Positions 40,325-49,989 of a stretch of DNA of 64,000 bases are shown one piece after another. Under the pieces are notes generated by a model. It was not told the DNA's origin and did no database searches. It saw only the letters and a program-made list of their open reading frames with translations. The stretch is from Polyangiaceae bacterium (GTDB lineage: Bacteria > Myxococcota_A > Polyangia > Polyangiales > Polyangiaceae). The position numbers and the translations under genes are program-made. Each line of letters opens with the position of its first letter. Position 1 is the first letter of the stretch. The stretch is from the NCBI GenBank assembly GCA_033763455.1, contig JANRKO010000089.1:1-64000 (forward strand), in the 5' to 3' direction.

Positions 40325-40657
40325 GTGCGTGTGCGGACGCCCTCCGCAGTTGAGTGTGCGCCCGGTGCGAATGGCTCCTCCCGCTTTGCCCGCAACCAGT
40401 GCGATCAACTCGTCGTGGGCGTGGCCGCCCCACATTTCCGAGACGACCAACACCTGAGTGTTGTCGAGCATGCTGCCGCCGCCTTCGGGCGTGGCCTTAA
40501 GGCGTCTGATGAAGGTGGCGATCTGCGACATCAGCCAGGTTTGGAATTTATCGTACATTCCGCGTATGGCGGCGCTGTCTCCAAAGCCATGTTCCAAGCT
40601 GTGATGAGTTTCGGTGACACCTAGGAACGGGTACGTGTTGTTGTCCCCGGAGGACAT
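40325..40657 (-). pseudogene. Internal fragment of a second DUF1552 gene
   Basis: TYPFLGV..HHSLEH, LKATPEGGGSMLDNT and LVAGKAGGAIRTG parallel the C-terminal part of the intact DUF1552; both N- and C-termini are missing. Confidence 0.75.
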
Positions 40658-40662
40658 CCGCG

Positions 40663-41049
40663 ATGGTACTTTCGCCATTGTTGCTCACTCTGAACCTCTT
40701 CTCCGTCCAGGATTTTCCGCTGGCTGCTTCCCCGGTGATCCCTCAGCTTGCGATCCACTTTGCAGAGCCGCTGAACCTCGAAGAGATCGCTCAACGGGCC
40801 CACATGTCCAAAAGTACTCTCGGCCGCTGTTTCCAGGAGTGCTTCGGGATGTCTCCGATGAACTACCTCACGGATCTTCGCCTCAAGCACGCAGAGCACT
40901 TGCTGCGCGATACCAAGATCCAGATCTGTGACATTGCTCCGCGTGTGGGAATCGAGGATGCGAGCTACTTCGCGCGCCTATTTCGTAAGCACACGGGCCT
41001 CGAACCGAGCGCTTACCGAGAGAAGATGAGCCGAGCTAAAGAGGCATAG
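40663..41049 (+). pseudogene. AraC-family HTH lacking an N-terminal sensor domain (truncated, or stand-alone)
   Basis: HFAEPLNLEEIAQRAHMS...SPMNYL..LRL...DASYFARLFRKHTG; abuts the DUF1552 fragment with no promoter space. Confidence 0.65.
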
Positions 41050-41065
41050 GGGCCTGGCACTTGGA

Positions 41066-41869
41066 TTAACGCTTTGTCCCTTTAAATTCCTCTGGGTGCA
41101 CCACTCCGCCGCCGTAATTCTTCTCGGAGATGGGCTCAAGCGGGGTGGGCACTTGGAAGCAATTTCCGATGCCTCGGGTTTCCGTGTTGCCTTTGAAGGC
41201 GGCCCAGCGCACGCCGTTGCCGATCACTTTCAAGACGTCCGGGTGGTGATACGTGGGGTAGGCTTCGTGCCCCGGGCGAAAATAGAAGATGCGCCCACGG
41301 CCGCGGTGCCACACGGCGCCACTTCTAAACACCTCGCCGCCCTCAAACCAACTGATGAACAAGAGCTCGTCCGGATCGGGAATGTCGAACTGCTCCCCGT
41401 ACATTTCCTCGTTTTCAATTACGATGCAGGGCGGCACCCCTCGGGTGATGGGGTGATTAGGATTCACCACCCAGAGCCGCTCTTTTTCGGCGGCTTCACG
41501 CCACATGAGGCCGCAGCTGGTACCCATCAGCCGTTTGAATATTTTGGAATAGTGCCCAGAATGCAAGACCACCAGGCCCATGCCATCGAGGACACGCGCT
41601 TGCACTCGGTTCACTACTTCGTCGGAGACTTGGCCGTGCGCCACGTGCCCCCACCAGATGAGCACATCCGTTTGGTCGAGCACTTCTTGGGTGAGGCCGT
41701 GTTCCGGCATTTCAAGCGTTGCGATGCGCGCCTCAATGCCGTGGTGTTCGCGCATATGGGCTGCGATAGGAGTGTGCATGCCATTCGGGTAAATGCTTTT
41801 CACAAATTCGTTCTTCTGCTCATGGACGAATTCGTTGTAGATGGTGAGGCGAGGCTTGGCTTGGGACAT
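41066..41869 (-). CDS. thuA: ThuA-like trehalose/glycoside utilisation protein
   Basis: NEFVHE, YPNGMH, DVLIWWGH, LHSGH, EEMYGE, WFEGGEVFRSG and FRPGHE motifs. Confidence 0.9.
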   Translation of the reverse strand: MSQAKPRLTIYNEFVHEQKNEFVKSIYPNGMHTPIAAHMREHHGIEARIATLEMPEHGLTQEVLDQTDVLIWWGHVAHGQVSDEVVNRVQARVLDGMGLVVLHSGHYSKIFKRLMGTSCGLMWREAAEKERLWVVNPNHPITRGVPPCIVIENEEMYGEQFDIPDPDELLFISWFEGGEVFRSGAVWHRGRGRIFYFRPGHEAYPTYHHPDVLKVIGNGVRWAAFKGNTETRGIGNCFQVPTPLEPISEKNYGGGVVHPEEFKGTKR

Positions 41870-41874
41870 GGTGG

Positions 41875-42879
41875 TTACACGCATTCTGTGAGAGAAATTT
41901 TGCGGCCAGTGCGTGCAGCTTCTACTGACGCAAAGACCATGTTGACGCTGTTAATGTTGTCGAAGCAGTTCGTTTCGGGCTGGCGCCCTTCGGCGACGGC
42001 GCGTGTGAAGTCGGTGAATATGCGCATTTGAGGCGTGAGCTCAGGCTCGATGAGGGGTAAGCCTTGTACGCGGCGCACGGCGTAGTGGGGGTCCACCTCG
42101 TGGTGGTGAATGACGCCCTGTTCATAGGTTAAGCTGCCGCGGGTGCCTTCCAGCAGCCAGTTGCCATTCCAATCCGAAAAGCTGCCCTGGCTACACCAGC
42201 TAGCGTTGTAAACGGCGCGCACCCCGCGCTCCATTTCAAACAACACACTGCAAGAGGCGTCCCCGCGGTAGTTAGACCACGGTGGATTCCAAGCCGTTGC
42301 CGAGACGCGAAGGGCGTTTGCCTCCGTGAAGTAGCGCAACAAGTCGAAGTGGTGAATCGACATATCCACCAGCACAGGGAATTCCATTTCGTGGCGGAAC
42401 CCACCGTGAAAATCATGACCCTTGTAAAAGTCGATCCGAACCTGGCCCACCTTCCCAATCAACCCGGAAGCTACCGCTCGATGCAGCGCTGCCATGCCGG
42501 TTCCATACCTGTAGTTCTGAGACACCGCGTACACGCGCTTTGCTTCACGAGCAGCGAGCACCATGGCTTGGCAATCTTCGCGCGACTCGGCCATAGGCTT
42601 TTCGCTTATGACGTGGAGGCCAGCCCGGAGGCCTGCCACTACGTGTTCTCGGTGCAGAGCAGGGGGAGTTACGCAGATCAGCGCTTCGGCCTTGGTGCCA
42701 GCGAGTGCCAAGGCAAGTTCAGAAAAGCAGCCAGAAGTTGGCACATTCAGCACGGCTTGGGCCTTTGCTAGCGCGTTTGGATCACGATCGACCAGCCCGA
42801 CGACGTGAGCGCCAGCAGCCTTTAGGGTGTTGACCCAGACGTTCCCAAACCCACCCACACCGATCAGAATACAGCGCAT
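41875..42879 (-). CDS. Gfo/Idh/MocA oxidoreductase
   Basis: IGVGGFG, HVISEKPMA, SQNYR and DMSIHHFD motifs; GAGGT upstream of ATG 42879. Confidence 0.9.
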   Translation of the reverse strand: MRCILIGVGGFGNVWVNTLKAAGAHVVGLVDRDPNALAKAQAVLNVPTSGCFSELALALAGTKAEALICVTPPALHREHVVAGLRAGLHVISEKPMAESREDCQAMVLAAREAKRVYAVSQNYRYGTGMAALHRAVASGLIGKVGQVRIDFYKGHDFHGGFRHEMEFPVLVDMSIHHFDLLRYFTEANALRVSATAWNPPWSNYRGDASCSVLFEMERGVRAVYNASWCSQGSFSDWNGNWLLEGTRGSLTYEQGVIHHHEVDPHYAVRRVQGLPLIEPELTPQMRIFTDFTRAVAEGRQPETNCFDNINSVNMVFASVEAARTGRKISLTECV

Positions 42880-43124
42880 AGCGTTACCTCGACTTGGTTG
42901 GCAGCTGAGCCTACGCACGTCTGTCATTTGCGTCCATGGATCGCGTAGGCCGGCCTGTGTAAAATTGACATATATTGGATCAATTTGCTCAACGGCGAGC
43001 GCAGTATTCGGTCAGAGCTGGTACTGAAATAGGACCTTTACGCCGCGGCCCAAGGCCTGCATGTTCTCCGCCTGGCGCCGGTTTGGGGCGACAGCGACGC
43101 GTAGCCGAAGTTAACCTTTGAGCC

Positions 43125-43934
43125 ATGACAGAAGATCCTTTTGCCGAACTCAAGAAACGCCAACGCGAGATGTGGTCCTCGTTTTCGCCCACCGCAATGT
43201 TCACGACACCCGTTGCAGGCCATGTGGTCAGCTTTGCAGACATCAAAGCGGGAGAAGCCGTACTCGATGTCGGTACCGGAACGGGCGTTGTGGCAATCAC
43301 CGCAGCGCGCGCCGGCGCCAACGTCAAGGCGCTCGATTTGACTCCGGAACTGCTCGAAGCTGCGCGCGAGAATGCCCGCATTGCAGGGTGCGAAGTGGAG
43401 TGGACGGAAGGTGACGCGGAGCAGCTGCCATACGCCACCGGATCTTTCGATGTGGTCTTGAGTCAGTTCGGCCACATGTTTGCGCCGCGGCCAGAGGTCG
43501 TAGTTGCGGAAATGCGGCGAGTGCTGAAGCCCACTGGTCGCGTGGTATTTGCCACTTGGCCACCCGAACATTTCACGGGGCGCATGTTTATGTTGGTGGG
43601 TCGCCATTCGCCGCCACCTCCCCCGGGCGCGGCGCCGCCGCCACAATGGGGTTCCCCAGTTGTGATCGCCGAACGGCTGGCCTCGCACTTCCAGCCACCT
43701 TTCTTTGCGCGTGGCACCATGACATTCCCGGCGCTTAGCCTTGGGCACTATCGCGCCTTTATGGAGCGCTCAGTGGGCCCTATGCAGAAGCTCGTTGAGG
43801 GGCTTTCGAATGCTCCCGAGAAGCTGGCAGCGCTCCGCGCTGAGTTTGATGCTTTGGTGGCCCCGTATTATTCGGGCAACCTGGTGCACCAAGACTACAT
43901 CTTGACCCGCGCTCAGGCCAGAATCGCAAGCTAG
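43125..43934 (+). CDS. Class I SAM-dependent methyltransferase
   Basis: VLDVGTGTG, GDAEQLP, FDVVLSQFGHMFAP and RVLKPTG motifs. Confidence 0.92.
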   Translation: MTEDPFAELKKRQREMWSSFSPTAMFTTPVAGHVVSFADIKAGEAVLDVGTGTGVVAITAARAGANVKALDLTPELLEAARENARIAGCEVEWTEGDAEQLPYATGSFDVVLSQFGHMFAPRPEVVVAEMRRVLKPTGRVVFATWPPEHFTGRMFMLVGRHSPPPPPGAAPPPQWGSPVVIAERLASHFQPPFFARGTMTFPALSLGHYRAFMERSVGPMQKLVEGLSNAPEKLAALRAEFDALVAPYYSGNLVHQDYILTRAQARIAS

Positions 43935-44045
43935 CAGCGATATCCAAGCGGGCCGGTTCTTTGGGGCGGGCCAGCGCCTAGCTTGTCATGCTCGATGGGC
44001 GAAGGCATGCTGCCCCGAATTATCCATCACCCGGGGAGCTCCTCC

Positions 44046-45626
44046 ATGCTTTCGTCTCATAAAGCTGCACTTGCACTCGTATTGGCTCTCTTGGCTGGAG
44101 TCAGCCCCGCCTTCGCGGCTGACCAATGTTTCATCGTCGACGCGGCTAAGATGCAACAGTGCGCACTAAAATCGGCAACTTGCCTCACCAACTTGGCACT
44201 GGACACAAGCTGTGCCGCCAAACCCGTCTATGACGCTGCTGCCTGCGCAGCCAATTCCGTGCCCTTCACTCCGGGAACCGCGTGCGGCACAGAAAAGAAG
44301 GAATCGGAGGCGTGTGGCACCGAAATGTTGAAGAGCGCACGCTGTGGCGCAACTAAGTATACCAAAGATGCGGAGCACTGCGGTCGTGAGGTTTTGAGTG
44401 CCGTTGAGAAAGCTGCAAAGTGCACTTGGTGTTCGATCTGCAAAATTGATCCAAAATGCGACTGCAAGTGCGACGGTCCCGCGCTTTCGTGCAGCGTCAA
44501 TAAGACGTGCGAACTTCCCAAGACTTGTTCTCTGCCTAAGAGCTGCTGTCAGTTGAAGCCGGCGAATTGTTCCGCCAGCGCCCGATGCGACATGAGCGCG
44601 TGCGAACAACAAGCCAAAACGCTGGTGACTTCGCTGGAAACGCTTAAAAATCCGTTTGGCCAGGACGGCAAGCTCACCTCAGCCGCGGTGTGCCTCCTCA
44701 ACAACGCGATCCAGGAGTCCCGCGGGAAGATGCTAAAGAAGGTGCTTAAGGACAAGAAGGTTGCTGAGGCCCGCAGGGTGCTTGAAGAGCAGGTGCTCGA
44801 CGTTTCTAGAGATCGATTCAAAGCTGCATCAAAGGCCGCCCTTGCGGCGCACGAGCAGCTCGTGAAATCTCAAATCAGCGCCTTGCAGAGCTTGACTCGG
44901 GACCCGGTTAAGAGCGCCAAGCTTTGGGCGGTCCTTATTAAGGTGGCGCACAAACAGATTGATGCCGAGCTCCTCGCCCTCGTGAAGGAGTTAGAACCCT
45001 ACCTCAATCCATTCAGCAAACCGAAGTCGGCGTTTTCGTCAGCGTTGGTTAGGGAGGCGCCTGCCAGGCCCGCCGGCATTGTAGTTACCCCGGAGGTAAC
45101 CACTAAGCCCGCCGAATCTGCGCTCCCAGGCCCCTGGCCCCGCGCGTGGGGGCTTAGCTTAGCGGGCAACCTCGGGGTTGGCTTGGGTGGCGGATTCAGT
45201 ATTGGATTCGCCGTCGATCCCGGGTTTTCGGTCATTGTTGGCGTCGAGGAGCTTTCGTTTGGAGGTCCAATCTTCGAGGCTGACATGGGGCTCATGGCTA
45301 ACCTCTACGCGCAGCCGCCGCTCGATCTCGATGGGCCCCAGGTGGCCATTAGCGGGGGTGGTGCATACATGGTTGGCGTAGGCGCGGGGCTTAGCTGGAG
45401 CTTCTGCATTCCAGATCTGCAACCAGCGTTGGCTTCGGTGATTCCGCACACCAGCAAAACGTGTGACGGGCCCCAAATCATTCAGCCACAGTTTGGACCG
45501 CTTGCCGTCATCCCCGAGCCTACTTTAACTTTTGGACCGATTGTGGGCATTGGGGCTAGCCTTCAGGGCACCGTAGGTTACTCGTTCGAACTGGGGGCAG
45601 CGGGGGCCGTGCCACCAAACTACTAG
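44046..45626 (+). CDS. Secreted Cys-rich protein of unknown function
   Basis: Signal peptide ending AFA-A; about 23 Cys in the N-terminal ~165 aa; helical middle; Gly/hydrophobic beta-rich C-terminus. Confidence 0.8.
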   Translation: MLSSHKAALALVLALLAGVSPAFAADQCFIVDAAKMQQCALKSATCLTNLALDTSCAAKPVYDAAACAANSVPFTPGTACGTEKKESEACGTEMLKSARCGATKYTKDAEHCGREVLSAVEKAAKCTWCSICKIDPKCDCKCDGPALSCSVNKTCELPKTCSLPKSCCQLKPANCSASARCDMSACEQQAKTLVTSLETLKNPFGQDGKLTSAAVCLLNNAIQESRGKMLKKVLKDKKVAEARRVLEEQVLDVSRDRFKAASKAALAAHEQLVKSQISALQSLTRDPVKSAKLWAVLIKVAHKQIDAELLALVKELEPYLNPFSKPKSAFSSALVREAPARPAGIVVTPEVTTKPAESALPGPWPRAWGLSLAGNLGVGLGGGFSIGFAVDPGFSVIVGVEELSFGGPIFEADMGLMANLYAQPPLDLDGPQVAISGGGAYMVGVGAGLSWSFCIPDLQPALASVIPHTSKTCDGPQIIQPQFGPLAVIPEPTLTFGPIVGIGASLQGTVGYSFELGAAGAVPPNY

Positions 45627-45721
45627 GAGCGCGGATCGGACAGCGCCCCCTGGAATGCCCCAGGGAAAACCAGTAGAGAGCAGGTCCCCTGGGTTCACTA
45701 GCCCCAGAAAAGGACGATTCC

Positions 45722-47722
45722 ATGACCGACGACACCACTATCGCTGATCTTCTCGAAGGGTGCGATCAGGCACTTACTGCCCGTCCACTCGCCCTAGGCG
45801 TTAGCCTGCTAAGCTGGAAGAGCGAGAAGGCTAGCGCGAGGGTGTCGCTTCCTATGGGTCGCGTGCGTTATGCCTCGCGGTGGACCGCCTGTTTTCGCCA
45901 GCGGGAGCCGTTTTGGATGATTCCCAAAGCGGGTGTGGAGCATTCGGCGATCCCGCCTGAGACGCAGATGGTGCTTTTTGAGCGAGGTGATGGTCGGCTG
46001 GTGCTCTTGGCTCCGTTGGCCACGGGTTCTATGCGCTTCGCGCTGCGCGGGGGAGCGAACGGGCTTACCATCATTGGCCATACGGGGGACCCATGGACGC
46101 AGACGGATTCTTCGCCGGCATGCTTGGTGGCTGTTGGAGATGATCCGTTTGAGCTCTGGCGAGAGGCCGCGGCAGCCCTCAAGGCGGCGCTGCCAGAGGT
46201 GGGCCTTTCGCGGGATGTTTCTCGCCCGAAAACAGCGGACTGGTTTGGCTGGTGCACCTGGGATGCCTTCTATCAAGAGGTGGATCACGCCAAAGTGATA
46301 TCCGGCCTAGAGAGCTTTCGACGGGCGGGGGTGCAACCGCGCTGGATGATCTTGGACGATGGTTGGTTAACGATTAAAAAAATGGCCACGGGCGAGCAAC
46401 GTTTGGGTGGATTTGGCGCTGACGCCAAGAAATTCCCTGAAGGCCTCTCCTCGTTGGTGGCGGCGACGAAAAAAGATTTCGGCATTAAAGAATTTTGGGT
46501 GTGGCATGCGTTCGTAGGTTACTGGGGCGGGGCTGCTCCTGGGCTGGGCGTGCGTATTCAGGAAAGCCTTCGGCGCCTGGATGCCGCCATTGCCAGCAAT
46601 CCTCCGGACAACGCCGATTGGATGGACATCGGCTGGGGGGACGTTGTGGGGATGGTTGAGCCAGAAGATGCGGCTACCTTCTACGACGCTTTCCACGCGC
46701 AGTTGGCGGCGGCCGGCATCGACGGGGTGAAGGTAGATAACCAAGCTTCCGTCGAGGGAACTTCACACGGTTTGGGTGGCAGGGTGCGTGTGATGCGAAC
46801 CTATCGCGCGGCGCTTGAGGCGAGTACGGGGCGCCATTTCGGTGGCGGTTTGATCAACTGCATGTCGTGTAGCAACGACATGATGTATGCTTCGAACAGC
46901 AGCAATTGTACTCGAACGAGTACGGATTTTTGGCCCAACAAGCCAGAATCACACGGATTGCACTTGTACACGAACGCTCAGGTGAGCGCCTGGTTTGGCG
47001 AGTTTATTCATCCCGATTGGGACATGTTTCAATCCGCGCACAGTGCGGGCTGGTTTCACGCTGCGGGCCGGGCTGTTTCGGGTGCGCCCGTATACGTTTG
47101 CGACAAGCCAAACGAACATGATGCTGGCATTCTGAATGCATTGACGCTCTCGGATGGATCGGTGCCGCGCTGTGTAGAGAACGGTCGCCCCTCTCGCGAC
47201 TGCTTATTCCACGATCCGACGCGTGAACCAGTTCTACTCAAGATCGTCAACCGGAACCGCTGCGGCAGCGTAGTGGGTGTGTTCAACTGCCGTTGGGACC
47301 AAGCGGCAGCCATCGCAGGCTCCGTATCGCCGGCGGATCTGCCGGGAAATACCGCCGGCAGTTACGTGGTTTGGCAGCACCAGGCGGCACGCGCAGAGGT
47401 GGTGGCGTTCAATTCGCGAGTGCCGCTGAGCCTGGGCCCTTTGGCGTGGGATATTGCGACCATCGCCCCCCTCGAGGCAGGCCTTGCCGTGATTGGCCTC
47501 GAAGGCAAATTGAACGCAGGTGGTGCCATCCAGGCTGTGATGCGTGGGGCAAGTGCTGCCACTGTCGACCTGGCTGACGGTGGCACGCTCCTGGCTTGGT
47601 GTGATGGTCCCCTGAAGGCTAGCTTCAACGGGAGCCCCTTGGCTGTGGCGAGCGAGGGCTCGTTGCACCGGATAAAGGTGAGCGCAAAAGGTGCGTGCCG
47701 CGTCGAAGTTCGTTGGGCGTGA
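45722..47722 (+). CDS. Sip1/raffinose synthase-like GH36 alpha-galactosidase
   Basis: FGWCTWDAFY, ILDDGW, VWHA..GYWGG, DGVKVDNQ and PDWDMFQS motifs. Confidence 0.92.
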   Translation: MTDDTTIADLLEGCDQALTARPLALGVSLLSWKSEKASARVSLPMGRVRYASRWTACFRQREPFWMIPKAGVEHSAIPPETQMVLFERGDGRLVLLAPLATGSMRFALRGGANGLTIIGHTGDPWTQTDSSPACLVAVGDDPFELWREAAAALKAALPEVGLSRDVSRPKTADWFGWCTWDAFYQEVDHAKVISGLESFRRAGVQPRWMILDDGWLTIKKMATGEQRLGGFGADAKKFPEGLSSLVAATKKDFGIKEFWVWHAFVGYWGGAAPGLGVRIQESLRRLDAAIASNPPDNADWMDIGWGDVVGMVEPEDAATFYDAFHAQLAAAGIDGVKVDNQASVEGTSHGLGGRVRVMRTYRAALEASTGRHFGGGLINCMSCSNDMMYASNSSNCTRTSTDFWPNKPESHGLHLYTNAQVSAWFGEFIHPDWDMFQSAHSAGWFHAAGRAVSGAPVYVCDKPNEHDAGILNALTLSDGSVPRCVENGRPSRDCLFHDPTREPVLLKIVNRNRCGSVVGVFNCRWDQAAAIAGSVSPADLPGNTAGSYVVWQHQAARAEVVAFNSRVPLSLGPLAWDIATIAPLEAGLAVIGLEGKLNAGGAIQAVMRGASAATVDLADGGTLLAWCDGPLKASFNGSPLAVASEGSLHRIKVSAKGACRVEVRWA

Positions 47723-47752
47723 GGTGCGCCCAGGTTGCTCGAACAGTGGCTG

Positions 47753-48094
47753 CTAAGCTGCTGCTCTCCGGAGCGAACGCCCCATCTTCCACGTTCGGTT
47801 TCGCTCAAGCTCACGCGCGATAGCTCGGCTCACTCGATCGACGGCGAGATCAACCGCGGTGTAAGCGTTTCCGCTCAGCTCGGCCAGAGTGGAGGTTCCG
47901 ATGCGTGGGCCAAATGCGGTCACTTGGCATTGCATGTCCAAACCTCCCTTCGGCCCGTTGATGTCAGCGACGCGAACCACGACCGACTTGAGCTGGTGCC
48001 CGAAGCGGCTGAGCTGAAACTCGACTCTGCGGAGCACGTGAGCACGGAGTGCTGCGGAGCCCTTAAAACCACGGAAGCGGATCTGGATTTTCAT
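47753..48094 (-). CDS. HPF/RaiA-like ribosome-associated protein
   Basis: MKIQIRFRG..SAALRAHV, DINGPKGGLD and YTAVDLAVDR motifs; GGAG upstream of ATG 48094. Confidence 0.85.
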   Translation of the reverse strand: MKIQIRFRGFKGSAALRAHVLRRVEFQLSRFGHQLKSVVVRVADINGPKGGLDMQCQVTAFGPRIGTSTLAELSGNAYTAVDLAVDRVSRAIARELERNRTWKMGRSLRRAAA

Positions 48095-48160
48095 GCCTGT
48101 TTCTCCTTGTTTGTGCGCCACCTGACGCCGATTCTGTAGTTGTAGGAGCTCGGTGTTCTG

Positions 48161-48173
48161 TCGACCATAACGA
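48161..48173. promoter_or_regulatory. Putative LysR/NhaR T-N11-A box
   Basis: TCGACCATAACGA (TCG-N7-CGA dyad) in the divergent HPF-like/nhaR spacer. Confidence 0.5.
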
Positions 48174-48218
48174 AACAGCGACGTGACATGTCGTGTGTGA
48201 CGACATATTATGCAGGCC

Positions 48219-49121
48219 ATGGAATGGCTCAATTACCACCATTTGCTCTACTTCTGGGTTGTTGCCAAAGAAGGCGGTTTGGTGCCTGCCGGTAAGCTGC
48301 TGCGGCTATCGCATCCCACGTTGAGCGCACAAGTCCACGCGCTCGAAGATCAGCTCGGGGAGAAATTGTTCGTCAAAGTGGGTCGAAAGCTGGCGCTCAC
48401 CGAAATGGGCAACGTGGTCTTCCGCTATGCGGATGAAATATTCACGCTGGGCCGCGAGATGGTGGACACAGTGAAGGGCCGTACCACTGGCCAACCCGTA
48501 CGGCTCGATGTGGGGATTGCCGATGCTTTGCCGAAGCTTGTGGTGAGGCGCCTGCTGCAGCCGGTCCTTTCGCTGGAGGAGCCGGTGCGTCTTGTTTGCC
48601 ATGAGGGCTCTAACGAGAAGCTTTTGGCTGAGCTGGCCTTGCACACTTTGGACGTGGTGCTTTCCGATGCACCCGTCCCCCCAGGGGGTAATGTGCGCGC
48701 CTTCAATCACCTGCTCGGGGAAACCGCAGTGAGCTTCTTCGGCACGCAAGCACTGGCTCGTCGCTTCAAGCGAGGCTTCCCCGGGTCTCTGGACGGAGCT
48801 CCCCTCCTGCTACCGTTGCAGAGCCTACCGCTCAGAAGAGCCCTCAATCAGTGGTTCGACGCTCTCGATATTCGCCCCGCAGTGGCGGGCGAATTCCAAG
48901 ATAGTGCCTTGTTGAAGGTATTCGGAGGGGACGGGGTGGGGGTGTTTCCCGCGCCGAGTGTCATCAAGGCGGAGGTTATGGCCCAATACGGCGTAGAGTG
49001 GCTCGGGGAAGCCGAAGGTGTTCGTGAGCGATTTTATGCGATCTCCGTGGAGCGTCGCCTCAAACATCCGGCAGTTCTAGCCATCTCAGATGCGGCGCGC
49101 AAAGAGTTGTTAGTTCGTTGA
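48219..49121 (+). CDS. nhaR: LysR-family activator NhaR
   Basis: MEWLNYHHLLYFWVVAKEG, DSALLKVFG and FYAISVERRLKHPAV motifs. Confidence 0.88.
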   Translation: MEWLNYHHLLYFWVVAKEGGLVPAGKLLRLSHPTLSAQVHALEDQLGEKLFVKVGRKLALTEMGNVVFRYADEIFTLGREMVDTVKGRTTGQPVRLDVGIADALPKLVVRRLLQPVLSLEEPVRLVCHEGSNEKLLAELALHTLDVVLSDAPVPPGGNVRAFNHLLGETAVSFFGTQALARRFKRGFPGSLDGAPLLLPLQSLPLRRALNQWFDALDIRPAVAGEFQDSALLKVFGGDGVGVFPAPSVIKAEVMAQYGVEWLGEAEGVRERFYAISVERRLKHPAVLAISDAARKELLVR

Positions 49122-49147
49122 GGGAACCTCCAGCGTTGCCCAGGCCC

Positions 49148-49795
49148 TTAGTCAGCAAGCTTCAGCCAAACCTCGTTGCGACGCATGAACCAAGGCTTAA
49201 AGGGCGGATCGTAGCGGTTCACTTCGGGCTCGCCCACCGGCGTGAGTTTTTGTTCTTTGAGCCAGGTACGGAGAGCTTGCTCGTGCTCAGCCATGTTGGC
49301 ATCCGTCCAGCGTCCACTGAAGCGAACCACCGCCACGCGGACCGGGGGCAATTCGCGGAGCACAACCCGTGCATCGTCGGGTACAGGCAAAGTGGCGATC
49401 GTTTCCCCCGCCGGCATCATGAACGATACCGTCCAGTCCTTGCCTTCGCGGCGTTGGGCCACGGGCGCCGTCATGGCCAGCTTCACGCTGGATGAACGCT
49501 CCTCTTGTCGGCTCTGAGACACCGGGGCTGTCATCGCGATCTTGGCTCGGCCTTTGTTCCCGCCGAAGATGTATCCAGCCAAGCGCCGAAATCCTTCATT
49601 GCCGGCTTCTGTCCAATCTCCCGCTACGCTGGTTTCAGCGACGACGCGTTTGCCGTACTCCCGGATCTCAAACGAATCGATCCGTTTTTGTGTCACGTAT
49701 TGGGGCTCTTCAATGTCTGCCACGCTACACCCTGCGAGAAACAGGGTAGCGCCCAAGATCGCCCGCCCTAGAAATGTACCACTATTGCTTACCAC
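49148..49795 (-). CDS. SOUL heme-binding family lipoprotein
   Basis: LAGC lipobox; EEPQY, FEIREY, GFRRLAGYIFGGN, IAMTAPV and YDPP..RRNEV motifs; start uncertain. Confidence 0.88.
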   Translation of the reverse strand: MVSNSGTFLGRAILGATLFLAGCSVADIEEPQYVTQKRIDSFEIREYGKRVVAETSVAGDWTEAGNEGFRRLAGYIFGGNKGRAKIAMTAPVSQSRQEERSSSVKLAMTAPVAQRREGKDWTVSFMMPAGETIATLPVPDDARVVLRELPPVRVAVVRFSGRWTDANMAEHEQALRTWLKEQKLTPVGEPEVNRYDPPFKPWFMRRNEVWLKLAD

Positions 49796-49989
49796 TTCGG
49801 TGCATCTGGAGACCAAGCCTTCAGAATGCAAGGGGGCGCAGCGGCGCCGCCCCGGACCAGGGCAGGGCGGCAAGTAGAAGTGGCAATACAGTGGCTCAGC
49901 TCAGATTACGTATTGGCCTGGCCGTCATCTCCTGCGCTCGGCGAGGTGCGACGGATTTTCTCGCTGAGAGGTGCTAACTTCACCATGAG

